Source: Basidiobolus meristosporus CBS 931.73
Taxonomy: Eukaryota; Fungi; Basidiobolomycota
Assembly: GCA_002104905.1 (NCBI GenBank)
Contig: MCFE01000438.1
Span: 11,123 to 75,122 of the forward strand
Direction: 5' to 3'
DNA: 64,000 bases
Shown piece after piece: positions 23,582-36,144 of this stretch. Every line of letters starts with the position of its first letter. Within the stretch, counting starts at the first letter, position 1. Below the pieces are notes generated by a model. That model had not been told where the DNA came from. It ran no database searches and saw only the letters and a list, made by a program, of their open reading frames with translations. Made by a program: the position numbers and the translations under genes.

Positions 23582-24829
23582 ATGGTCCCCATACCAAGCC
23601 TCAACTCATCTTTAGTACAACCCAGACAAAACCCATCCCCCAGCTCACAAGCGCGGTCCGGACCAGAAAAGTCAATGTCGGATCCGTTCAAGTTCTTGCC
23701 AAATGATTTTAGTATGGCCCAAGTGTCTATGATGAGCCTTCATGCAGATATTTGGGCACTACTGATTAATCTAGCACAACTAGATACCTCAGAGAGTCAA
23801 CAAAGATGGAAGAATTTGAGTAGAAAGCTGTGGCATGAGTTCTACATCAAGATGCCAGCCAATGTATGTAAAAAGATATATAACAAGACAAGTATTGAAA
23901 TCAAGAATGAGCTGAGAGTGAGGGGATTTGACGAGGAAGCCGCGCGGGAACGATTCCGCGCGCAATTTGCACAGTACGGGCCGGACACGTCCGTTTGTGC
24001 CTCAACTTTGGGAACCAAAGAGATTTTGAATGCATTTTTGCCTCAAATGACTAATGTACTACGTGATATATTAGTAGAGCTAAGTGGCTTCCAAGAGCAA
24101 TATACACAGGACTCATCCAGGCAACAGCTCCAAAGTATCAGACAGAGGGTAAGTGAATACCTTGAGGAATCAGATGGTGAGCTTCAGGAGGAAGAATACA
24201 GACCGCAAGCAACATTGTCCAGATTGCGCCAGCACGCCTTGCTGGATTCCCTACCATCTCTTGCAACCACAGCGCGCCGGCGCACGTCAGTCCAGACTAT
24301 GCCAACACCCTTTACCAGAACGCCCCGCGTCAAGTCAATGTGCGTCGGGTCAACGCGCGCGCTTCAGAGCAAAACTACCAGAACTTGCCAAACTGCTCAT
24401 TTAGACACAAGTCCATTGGAGCGGACCGAGTCACGTCAACATGCGGCATCACATTGAACTCAGCCAAGGGCCATCTCAACGCGTCAAGGCGTGCCTGCGC
24501 GTGCCATTTTGCCTGACCATCAGCAAGTTACTTCTGGTGAACTGACTGATGATGACCAACATGAAGTGACTCAACCACCGGAGCCCTTGGCAAGTAAAAG
24601 AACGCGTCAGCGCGTGGCACTACAGGCCGGTTCAGTTGGTTCAGTTGGAGCAATTCAGCGCGGCCAAGCTGCAGCATTGCACTCATCAACTAGGAGGCAA
24701 AATACTGATTACAAATACACAAGTAGCCAAGATGATAGTCAGCCAGGAAGTAGTATAGGTGTGCAAAGTGAGTCACTACCAAATGCTTCAGTAGTAATCC
24801 CTGTGAGAAAAAAACCCAGGAGAAGATGA
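23582..24829 (+). CDS. Transposon ORF2, putative Myb/SANT/MADF-like DNA-binding partner, interrupted by one in-frame TGA (24455-24457)
   Basis: IWALLINLAQLDTSESQQRWKNLSRKLW resembles the trihelix/MADF motif. ORFs 23582-24457 and 24491-24829 are in the same frame. C-terminus RKKPRRR is NLS-like. Confidence 0.7.
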
Positions 24830-26959
24830 TGCGATTGCTTTGAATTGCTCACATTTGTAATGATCCCAACAACCCTTTTTTTTTGCGATTCAAATCGAGC
24901 CATCGCAAATCAGTGATCATCAAATTTTTGATATAAGTAATATCAAGGTCGTCTCACATTTGAGACAGAACCCCTATAAATAAACACCCTGCATATATAT
25001 ACGTCATCTGTAATACCAGTGCAGCTATTGGATCTGTTTTGCACCTACACGATTGCTTGCGTGCTAGCTATGACACCTTGCCCAATCACTAGGATCAGGG
25101 ATTTACTTGCTCAATGGGCTAAATGGGATATTTGATGGCAAATCAGGTAGCTTTTTCAGTAGTCAATGAGCCAATTGAGGGCTGCCAGCTTCAGGATACT
25201 TTTGGACCAATTAACCACTGAGATACCGTCCAATTGGAGTGAGGGTGACCAAAATGGTAAGTATCAGTGTAGTTTATAGTGTGATACACATTTATTTCCA
25301 TTTACATTAAAGAAACATATCCAAATACCGGATTTTACCTGCCATTATAGCGGTATCCAATTGCGCACGTGATGCAAGCATTACGAGTTGGCGCAATCAT
25401 CCGCGCCAATCTCATCCTGTCAGATTGTGCCATAGTGTGCAAGATTGTCCCGCATAGTGCGAAATTGTCCAAGAACGATCCAGCCTTCTGGCAGCTATAA
25501 TATCACGCCCAATTGTTCTTTGCAACCGCGGATTGCGCCACGCGCCCTGGCACGGTAGGATGGAACAAGTCTACTACCATATCCCAATCTCATCAGGAGT
25601 ATTACCTTCAAGTTCATCATGGATGTGATGAGTTGGCCCATGGAGGACAGCCAGGAGGAGTTGGAAGATACTGAGGACATATGTGCATAGGGAGACACCC
25701 ATGCCTACAGCATTAAGAAGCTAAGCAGCTCCAATGCATGGGTAAACAGTTAAGTAATGCTGAGTTGTGTTGAGTGCAACAAGCAATTATGCTTTATTAG
25801 GAGTACTTTACCAAGGTATGCTGGATTTCTCCTAGTTACAGGCCAACTTCTACACCATTCAATATGGAATTGACACAAACAAGAGCCAGAGCAAACCTAT
25901 AAGGAGGACTAGAATCTGGCAGGCAGAAGGAATATATTGGCTATATACCAAGATGTGCTTTGCAGATACTCAGGAGGTATTCATGGCAGAAGTGGCAACA
26001 ACCAAGCATATGTTTGCAAGATGTATATGTTACCAGCAGTACAAGGTACATGGCAACTTTGCAAGTGCCACTCTAAAAAGCCATGAAGTTGAGGTGATAG
26101 AAATATGTTAATTGTGGCAGGTGTGTGCATTTCTAGAAATTAGTAAGCAGGAGGTCATAGCTTTTTTGATTCAAACTATATGTGGAATAACCAAGGTAGT
26201 AGTGGGTAAGCAAATAGAGACAGGTGATTCAACAGTGGAATATATGGATTGCACAAGGTGAGGCAGAAAAAGGAAATACCACTTGGTAAATTGGTATGGT
26301 AGCACTATAGAGAACTAGCTGTAGGTGGCCATAGTGCTGTAATAATACCATAAGGTTTATGGCCATATAAGGCAATAAGATGATCTGACCAGTTATATAC
26401 ATTCAAAATACTTGCAGAGTGCTCTAAGCCTGCAACAATGCCATGCAATTATTGCCACATCACCAATCAAACCCTGTCAAGTTTAATAACTTTATTTGGC
26501 AGCAAAATTAGCAAAACACTGTAGTGATCCTATCATAAGATTGTTAAGAAGGTCACTGATTCCAAGCTGCACATAAATAGCCCTGTGAAAAGCAATTTGG
26601 TTCTGCAGATGAATCTATACCAGATCAGCTGTCAGGATCCTGTAATGAGACTGTCATAATACCTACAGCTAGAAATCCATAACCCTCTACACAATCTTAC
26701 AATGAGATTGTGACAGTGTTTTGCTGAATGTACCACCACTAGAGTTAAGATCTTGCTGGTGTTTTTGCAGTTGTTTGTCAAGAATTGCATGGCATTCTGA
26801 TGGTCTTAATGTGCTCTGCATCTATTTGAGAGGGCCTAACCAGCAAATACATCTAATTGCCTAATACAGCAAGAAACTTAAAAGTGTTTTGACAGATAAT
26901 AGTTGCATCATTGAGGACATCAGTTGACATTGTGATGGCTATATGGTGGCCTGCAGCTA

Positions 26960-27660
26960 GTTGTATACAATGCTACCATGCCAATTCAACTGATGGTAAT
27001 TCCATTTTCTATCTCCCCTTGTACCATTTGTATATTCCACTGTAAAATCAAGTTCATATATACAAGTTCATCCAGTCCTTGCAGTTGTATAGTTGCAAAT
27101 ACATGTGAAAACTGATTGGAGCTTGTGGAAAGTACATTAAGAGGTGGATACTTTGTAATATCTGCTGATTCTTTCAAATCTCACTGGTATCTTAATGGGC
27201 ACATTGAGGTTGGAATGCCCTATATACACTTGGTCATCAGTATAGGGATACAACTGCAGAGCAAATGCATTGCTCCCTGTGGAAAGCTTTTGCTCTAACA
27301 GATACCCCCTATCTTAAGTATCTCTGACTTCTGGTTAATTCAACAATCAGTTTGATGACTTATAGCTTGCCAGTTAAGCTGCAATTGCATGTTAACTTCT
27401 GGGTATTCTCTCTGTAGCAGAATATGGGCTTATTATTAGTGTTTGGGTAATAATAAGGTAATTGAATCATGGAGTAAATTCCCTTAATCTCACACATTCC
27501 ACAGCAATACCATCCATTGTGCCCAGAAAACTGTCTATCTTACTGATGGCTGGTGTATCTCCAATGCAGATATTAATATGCGTATTCAAAGACAGCCATT
27601 TACTAGTATCCTGCTTGAAGCATGCAAGCTCATTCAGCAATCAATACAGGTAGCTACTCA
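26960..27660 (-). pseudogene. CACTA-like transposase relic
   Basis: Nucleotide similarity to 30960-31560 (GAMHLL, YKVQVQGL.ELVY, IGD..AISK regions); multiple stops. Confidence 0.65.
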
Positions 27661-28055
27661 GGTTTGGTCAGTGATTTAGGCACAGATGGCAGTTACACTA
27701 CCCCAATGAAAAATAACTTGGTCCTGCAGATGGATTGAATCCAGATCAGCCATCAAGATCCCATGAGGAGACTGCAATAATACCAGCAGCTTAGAATTAA
27801 TGGCCATCTACACAATCTTATGACAAACTCACAACAGCATTTAGTTAACTTCACAGCCAAATAGAATCAGAAAACATGATGGTGTTTACATGATGTTTAG
27901 TCAAGAGTAGCATGACATTGTTGCAGTCCTAGTGCACTCTATAACTATTATAGTGGATCTAACCAGCCAGTACATCCAATTACCTTATATGGCAAACAGC
28001 TTGACAGTGTTTTGATTGCCTCATTGCAAGCCACTGATAGCACTATAAGGGTAGT

Positions 28056-30343
28056 AGACTTGTTCCGTTGGATAGTGCCACATAGTGCCAGCCGGTTTAT
28101 GGCACTGGATTGATCTGGCACTCTACAGCACTATCTGGCACCATAATTTCTACCATGATGCCAGTGGTATGATACAGTTACTAGTAATTTTACTCAATCT
28201 TACTTATGTTGCTCAGAGTAATGCTTTCCTTGCTTTATTTACTCTTCATAATGCATAATATATGGAAAATTCAACAATCACATTAGTTTTCATACATATT
28301 TCATATAAGACCAGGTTGATGCCAATATACTGCTGTATAAGTATCCAAATCCATTGCTATGGTCCCCATACCAAGCCTCAACTCATCTTTAGTACAGCCC
28401 AGACAAAACCCATCCCCCAGCTCACAAGCGCGGTCCGGTGTAGTGGGGTGACAGTGACACCCACTGACAGATGTGCTCATTCCCTTATTTTCTACTTCCC
28501 TATATCTCTACTACACTTATTTTAGTTTTATCCCATTTGTCTTACCCAATCAGTACTATCCCATAAGCCGGTTGACTATCACACCTGCTTACCTTATTGC
28601 ATAAGTTACCCCTCACTTTATGTAAGATTACTAGCTATAAGTACTTCTATATTAGGCAAGTACCCGCACCAGTACCTGTGACACATGATCAACCTGTGTC
28701 ACCATCCCTACCATTTCCATACCGTATATGGTATCCCCATGTTACACAGGTTTAAGAATACTGATCCCTGATTGGTTGGATGTGCTGTGCCTCTTAGAAC
28801 CTTCCGGCACCTACTTAGAACATTCTTAGGTCATTCTGATGTCATTAAGATTTCTATTGATCTCCGGAACCTTCTGGAACACCATGATTAGTAATCACTT
28901 AGCCAGTGAGAAAAGTATATAAGGGAGGCTATCCCTCAACAATAAATCATCATCCCTTTATCAATATACCAACTTGTTGATTAGTGTGATCACTGCTACC
29001 TGCTGCTACCTGAACTTCCAACCCCAGACCACAGGACACTCCCAGGAAACCACGCTGACAGCCAACTGACCTTGGAGGCACTACTTGTGAGGAATACTCA
29101 GAGTAGGTATCTTTTATTATATTTGATTCTTTCCCAAGTTTGTTCTTGTACAGGCAAAGATACTTTTCTGTCTTTGTAACTATTGACCACAGCTGCATTC
29201 TTATCAAGTCCCTGCTGGTGGAGTTTACAGTTGTTTTGACTTTGGAAGCTTTAGTACATTGTCATCTCAAAGGATGCTGAACCCAGCACATACTTTTGTT
29301 AAGACGCCAACTAAGTTGGGGATTGTAGCTCAATAGTTTTCCCTTGACAAGCTTGTGGCTTTATTCCCCTTCACATTAGATTAGAGACAGAACCCAAGTA
29401 TTCCTAGCAAGCTTTTGCCAGAGGTTATTGCACCCAGTGAACACCCCACACACAAAACACTTGAGAAGTGTTGGATGTATCTCTCCCTTGAACCTATACA
29501 CCACCACACCGGACCAGAAAAGTCAATGTTGGATCTGTTTGAGTTCTTGCCAAATCATTTTAGTATGGCCCAAGTGTCTGTGATGAGCCTTCATACAGAT
29601 ATTTGGGCACTACTGATTAATCTAGCAGTACTAGATACCTCAGAGAGTCAACAAAGATGGAAGAATTTGAGTAGAAAGCTGTGGCATGAGTTCTACATCA
29701 AGATGCCAGCCAATGTATGTAAAAAGATATATAACAAGACAAGTATTGAAATCAAGAATGAGCTGAGAGTGAGGGGAATTGATGAAGAAGCCACGCGGGA
29801 ACAATTTTGCGCACAATTTGCACAGTACGGGCCAGACGCATCTGTTTGTGCCTCAACTTTGGAAACCAAAGAGATTTTGGATGCATTTTTGCCTCAAATG
29901 ACTAATGTACTACGTGATATGTTAGTAGAGCTAAGTGGCTTCTGAGAGCAATATACACAGGACTCATCCAGGCAACAGCTCCAAAGTATCAGACAGAGGG
30001 TAAGTGAATACCTTGAGGAATCAGATGGTGAGCTTCAGGAGGAAGAATACAGACCGCAAGCAACATTGTCCAGATTGCGCCAGAATGCCTTGCTGGATTC
30101 CTTACCATCACTTGCAACTTCAGCGTGCTGGCACATGTTATTCCAAAATATGCCAACACCCTTCACAAGAGTGCCCTGCATCAAGTCAATGCATGAGGGG
30201 TCAACATGTGCAAGATCGTCCCGCATAGTGCAAAATTGTCCAAGAACAATCCTTCCTTCTGGTAGCTATAATATTGCACCCAATTGTTCTTTACAACCAC
30301 AGATTGTGCCAGGTGCCCTGGCACGGTACAATGGAACAAGTCT
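28056..30343. mobile_element. PHIS transposon copy 2, internally deleted non-autonomous derivative carrying a solo LTR
   Basis: Same TIRs (28056; 30331-30343) and TSD AGT/AGT. Transposase deleted at a junction near 28250; second deletion near 30210; ORF2 remnant 28380-30200. Confidence 0.9.
28439..29508 (+). mobile_element. Large solo LTR (1070 bp), probable Ty3/gypsy-type
   Basis: TGTAGTGGGG...CACCACCACA ends; 4-bp TSD CCGG/CCGG, confirmed against the empty site at ~23650-23670; near-identical copy at 36145-37214. Confidence 0.88.
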
Positions 30344-30531
30344 AGTATGTAACTTAAAGCTAGTTCTGTATCTTTGGGCACTGTTGTGTGCTTCAAAGAC
30401 TGTTTGTTGTCCCCCTGCTGTAACATTGGGAAATGGCTCAAATCATGGCTGTGATATTGAGCTACAAGAGTTCCTTCTTTGCAGCAAATATACTGCTTTC
30501 TCTACCTGGGATATTGATTTCTCTACACATA

Positions 30532-32716
30532 TTATCCGCTTGTCTTGTCCTTAGTATTTTTGAACACTTCCTGGCCACCCTCCAGGTGCCAACTCATTGC
30601 ATCCATGCCAGACATGAAGGTAATAATCTTGATGAGATTGGGATATGGTAGTACCTGCAACATGACTTTTTGTCCTATCTTCCCACACATCAGCTCCGTA
30701 GGAAACTCCAAAAAGGTGGAGCAAGATCCAATATTATTAACACACCAAGCAAGATGGAGTAGCAAATGGATATAGTAGCAGCAGGGATCTATATTTTCAG
30801 CTTTATGTTTATAGTATAGGTGCTCAAAACCCATTACAAACTCTTTACACAAAAGCTGCAGATGAGCCAAGACAGGGTTTGTGATCCTCTTCTGGATAAG
30901 TATTCCTATAATGCTCATCTATGACTCCCAGTGATTCCAATGTACTCTTGGTAGAAATGGCCTCAGATAGCCACTTGTATAAAACATATCCAGTTCATTC
31001 AGTCCTTGCACTTGTACTTTATATTTGTGTATGAATGTTGATTGGAGCCCTGAGAAGTACTTATGGTAGCAGGTGTTTGCTAATATCTTGCCAATTCTTT
31101 TAAATTTCTCTGGTATCTTGAAGGACTCATTTAGCTTGAAACACCCCATGTGCCAATTGGTCATAAATGTGGGGATATTGTTGAACAGCAAATGCATTGC
31201 TCCCAGTGAAATGCTTTCTCTCCAACATATACCCTCTATCTTAAGTATCTCTGGTTTCCAATTAACACCATATTTCAGCCAATGGCTATAGCTTGCCAAC
31301 TTTGCTGTAATTGCATGAAGTCTGCCATATGTTCTCTTTGTAGGAAGATGAAGTTCTTAGTGTTGGTGTTTGGGTATTAATAATGTGTGTGAGTTATGGA
31401 GTAAGTCCCAAGGATCTCACACAAACAAAAGCAATACCTTCCATTGTGTCCAGAAAAGCCAGCTATCTTGCTGATTGCTGCATTATCTCCAATGCAGATA
31501 ATAATATGTGCTTTGATATAACAGTCATTTACTGTAATCCTGCTGGAAAGCATGCAATATTCATCCAGCAATGGATGCAGGTAGCTCTCCAGGTTGGATG
31601 GCAGCCTAGGACCAGATACAAGCTAGACTACCATCAAATTTTTGCTTGGATATTGTAAGATAGTTGGCAAACTCAGGTTGATGAGAATCAGTAGTCAGCA
31701 GGATTTGCTGGTAAAGCACTTGTTTAGTGAGAATCCATCAAATACCAAGGCAAAGGCATGGTCATACATACCTTCAAAATAGCCTTTGCTTCTTAGCTAT
31801 TTGTAATGCTTGCCTTCAAATATATCAGATATGTTTGCACTTGAATGATACTGGATATAGTACTTTATAGCTTCACAGTATCTGTTGGACTGCATGAGCT
31901 TCTGTAAAGAGGGTATTACCATAATATATCTGGAATAAAAGCAATGTTTTCCCCCAATGGTGGAGGATTACTGACAAGTTGGACACCTTGCAATGGTGGC
32001 ATTTCTGATGTCAATGCCCTGTAGCTGTTGACACATACTGATATCAGGCCATTCTCTGGGTTGTATGTTGCCAGCTGCATGACGGTTATTCATTAATACT
32101 ATGTATATGGTAAGGTGGATACTTGGATGCTTTGGCAAGAAGTAGTGGTAAAACCTCAAAGCCCCATTACCAACATTAGTGGAAATGCACCACTTCTCTA
32201 GCCACAACATCACATCAATCACCAGTAGGTATGTTACTGGGCTCACTTGACTCCATAAGGAATACTAGGCATTTTTTTCCATGGGTGTTCTCTCATTGCA
32301 TAAAGAAATATGGCCAGGCTCATGCAGGGTACTATTGTTAGGGAAGATAGGTGCACAATCCATCTGTGAACCAGCTTCTTCAGAGCTATCACTCTGCATG
32401 CCATATTCAGATGGCTTGGGTGAGCCTATAGGCATCACAAACTCACTTGACTCAGTTTGCACAAGGTGACAAGTGCTTTTAGGTGCTGTGATAGAGGTTT
32501 CAAGTGGCTGTCAAGATATTGCTGATAAAGTAGTACTGGTGAATGGTCATATATGACTTGTGTGGCAAAACACTGGCCGTGATCCAGGTAATACTTCCTA
32601 TGCAGTCTGCTTATTTCATGGCTGAGTAGCTTGCTACAATTGCCACATGGTCTTTTTTCACTTCTCTTATGTCTTTGATTCAAGTAGTATTGTCTATGGG
32701 TCAAGAATTTTGACAC
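30532..32716 (-). pseudogene. CACTA/EnSpm-like transposase pseudogene
   Basis: Fragments: N-terminal CxxC (RPCGNCSK), GDNAAISKIAGFSGHNGRYCFCLC (GD.PA..K..G..GH.G...C..C), MHLLFNN, IHLLLHLAWCVNNIGSCSTFLEFPTELMCG (DUF4218-like). Confidence 0.8.
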
Positions 32717-33099
32717 TCAGCAACAGAACACTATTATACCATTTTTTGTCAATACTCATCTAAGTTTAGGAGAGTCTTGTACTTGAGACATTGCACCTAC
32801 ATGAATGGAAGCTTCAATGATGACCCAGCATAGTAGGCATTATATACAAGGTTGTGACACCACATACACTCATATGTGTAACACCATTTCTCCTTTTGTT
32901 TGACTCACTTCCATATATATGCTGCCAAAAATTGAAGCAAAATCTTCAGGTTCCCAACCACATCCCACCACTGACAGCAGCAGAAGAGCAGTTGGACATC
33001 AGCATGCTTTGACAATTAGTGCAACAAGAAGGGCCAAAACTAAAAAACCCTGGGGACATTGTTCCCACCAAAGGTAACAATGCATACTTCTCAGGCTTT

Positions 33100-33600
33100 C
33101 AGCCAAGTAGGCAATTGGGAATCTCTGCAGAGCTGCAAGCTGCCTGTTATGCTTATGCAGATGAGAATGTAGCAAATGCACTACTTGCACAATCCATGCT
33201 GTGAATTTTGGACCATTAAAAGGCACACCAAGTGGGTGCCACACTTCTTCAACAGCAGTGCTCAAGAAAATGCACTTGAATATTGCAAGGACTTATTGCA
33301 AAAACTGCCAGATAAGGTGCTAGACCTTGCAGTACTGGCTGAAGATCAGGATGTATGGGAACCAGTGAAGGAATGGTGTCATAAAGCCACAGGGTTCCTG
33401 CCAAAGTCATGGAAACCAAGCTTTACAACAGAAGTACTTATTGAGTGGTGGATTTTAATGGAGTTACTTGTTGAGAGTGGGTTAGGCTTAGTGTCAGTTT
33501 AGGGTATAGGGACTTGTGTAGGTCAGTATAGGTGGCAATTAAGGTACATCTGAAGTTTCAACAGGAATAAAACAATTTGTATGCATGTAGAGTAAGAGAA
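33100..33600 (+). pseudogene. Deleted copy of CACTA-associated ORF
   Basis: Matches 34200-34560 and 36060-36120 in inverted orientation. Confidence 0.65.
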
Positions 33601-34259
33601 ACAGTTTAGTCACAAAGTAGGGAGTGTGAAAAAGAGGCAATAGCCAATCAATGCACACAAATATAGGTGGTGATAGAGTGTTTGGGATCAGAAAGTGAGA
33701 AAAGTGGCAGGGAACCAATCAAACACCACTTTTGTATAATTGTGAGAAGAAAATTGACTGAGCATTTTATGAAATCTGGGGTGCAATTATTTTTTGACAG
33801 TCTTTGCACAGTGTCCTGATGAAACCAATACTTCTTAGTCACAGGACTTTAAATTTGGGATGGCCTTTTGATGGGACCATCTCATTAATTATTCATAGGG
33901 TACCTTCAGATCTCTGCTCTAATACCACAAGGTTGGCAGCAGATTCAGGCTGATGAGAATCAGTGAACAGCAGGATTTGCCAGTAGAGAACTTGTTTAAT
34001 TAGAATCCATCAAGTGCCAAGGCAAAGGCATTGTCATACGTACCATCAAAGAAGCCTTTGCTTTTCAGTTGTTTGTGAAGTTTGCCATCAAATATGTTGG
34101 AATTGTTAGGACTTGTTCAATTCTCCCTATGAAGAATTTTTGTGATGATTTTGCCTCCTTTTCACACTGCTGACTATCTGACACAACTGTTTAACTTACT
34201 CTACATGCATACAAGCTATTTTATTTCCATTGAAACTTCAGTTGTACCTCAATTACCAA

Positions 34260-36130
34260 TTATACTGACCTATACAAGTCCCTATACCCTATATTAGCAC
34301 TGAGCTCAACCCCATACTTAAGAAGTAACTCCATTAAGATCCACCACTCAATATGTATTTCTAATATAAAGCTCTGGTTCAATGACTTTGGCAGCAACCC
34401 TGTAGCATTATGCAATTGTTCATTCACTGGTTCCCATATATCCTGGTCTTCAGCCAGTACTGCAAGGTCCAGCACCTCATCCAGCAGTCTTTGCAATAAG
34501 TCCTTGCAATATTCAAGTGTGTTTTCATGAGTACTGCTGTTGAAGAAGTGTGGCACCCTCTTGGTGTGCCAAAAAATGTTCCAAAATTCCACTGAAGGGA
34601 CTGTGATGACTATTTGGGTTCTAGATGGTGTTACTTTGTCTGCCAGTGGGATCTCCACTCTGTCAACAATGGAGGACATGGAGGCTGTGGTAGACAAATT
34701 ACCTTTCTCTGCAAATGCATCTACCTCACTGAAATGTGGCTCAACTGGCTGCCCTTCCAGCCCTTGTGAAGGCAGCTGTTTTCTGGTGGGTAGTTTTTCT
34801 TGGCTATGATGAAATTCAGTCTGTTCCCAGCTTGTTGCTTTAACTGGCAAGAACTGCAACTTCTTTCTTATGCTCCCCTGTCTTGGGCTTAGGTAGACTT
34901 TTTTTTCATTACCTTATTCTTTGTCACTGCCAGGTCTTTCATTGATACTTTATGAGTCCTTCTTGTGCTGAACTATGCTCTCTCCTTGATGAATGCTGCT
35001 CTGATGCATCTGTATGGGCTTGATTGTCCCTTGCTGGCACTCTGTGGACAACCTGACGCTTCCTTTCTGCTTATTTCAAGCTCTCAGGGCATGCTGCAAA
35101 AGGCTATTGAGGTAGCCGCTAGTTTTGATCACTGCCAGGTCCTTCACTACTACTTTGACTGGGTGCTTCTTGAATAGAACTACAACTTTCCCTTGAAAAA
35201 TATTGTGCTAGTGCATCTGTGTCTTCCTGCTTTTTGCTTATTAGCACTCTTCCAGCTACCTGATGTCTCATTAATGCTTGTTTGGAGCTTTTGGCCCTGC
35301 TTGTATCAGGCTCTTCAGGAAGCTGCTGGTTGTTAGTCATCACACCAATTTTCTTCTCCCTTTGATAGTTTCTGCTATTCTTGAGATACTTTCATAGCAT
35401 CCCAATGCTGGCCCAAAATATGCTTGCTCATTTGAGTCCAGGATAATGCTCATGGAGCAAGTCAAGCACATCCTTCTTGGCCTTGAGTTCCAAGTGCTTC
35501 CATGGTATGCAGGCCCTAAGGTGCTAGCATACTAGACTTCTAAAGGCCTCTTGATTATTACACCATTTTTCATCATTGCACTCAGCAGCTATATGCATCT
35601 TCAATGTCTTTGATTATCAGGAGTTTATATCAACACTACATTTTCTCCCTTGCATGCAGTGATAAGTTTTTTTGTGGGCTGTATCTTTGGGTGCAGTTAT
35701 TGTGCTTCAAAGACTGTACAGTGTTCCTCTGCTGCTACATTGGGAAATGACCCAACTTTGGCTGTGATATAGCGCTACTTGAGCTCCTTCTTTGCAGCCA
35801 AGATACTGCTTTCTCTACCTGAGATATTGACTACTCTACACCTACTTTGTGTTCATCTGGTTTCTGCACTATTTCCTGCTTTCTCTGGGCCAGCGCATCT
35901 ATCCTATCAGCAACTGCACCTAATTGCCTCATTAATGCATTAGTATAAGCTGACATCATACTAGCTGCTTTGGGTGGTGGTAATGTTATGACAGCCACTT
36001 GTTGGTCTTCAACTGCAGGTTCTGCGTTTGCTACATGCTCATCTGTATGAGCATTATGGTCAGCTTGCAGCTCTGCAGAGATTCACAATTACCTACTTGA
36101 CTGATAGGCTGAGGAGTCCGCATCAATACA
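34260..36130 (-). pseudogene. CACTA-associated ORF (unknown function), longest copy
   Basis: 199-aa open segment at 34260-34859 plus upstream low-complexity fragments (35119-35343). Homologous to 17059-17457 and 33176-33502. Confidence 0.65.
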
Positions 36131-36144
36131 TTCAGTGAACACGC

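Larger units (their letters stand above)
22155..25572. mobile_element. Full-length PIF/Harbinger-superfamily (PHIS) DNA transposon, copy 1 (3418 bp)
   Basis: TIRs AGACTTGTTCC(G/A)T at 22155-22167 and 25560-25572. 3-bp TSD ACT/ACT; removing the element restores the host relic. Subterminal ATAGTGCC/GGCACTAT repeats. Divergent transposase and ORF2. Confidence 0.92.
21950..25690 (+). pseudogene. CACTA/EnSpm-like transposase C-terminal relic, split by the PHIS insertion (21950-22154 and 25576-25690)
   Basis: HLQLLCKEFV...LHCLAWCVENIRPC..FCEFPMEQMC..IG continues after the insertion as LPYPNLIRSIT. Homologous to 30532-30918 (minus strand). Confidence 0.7.
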
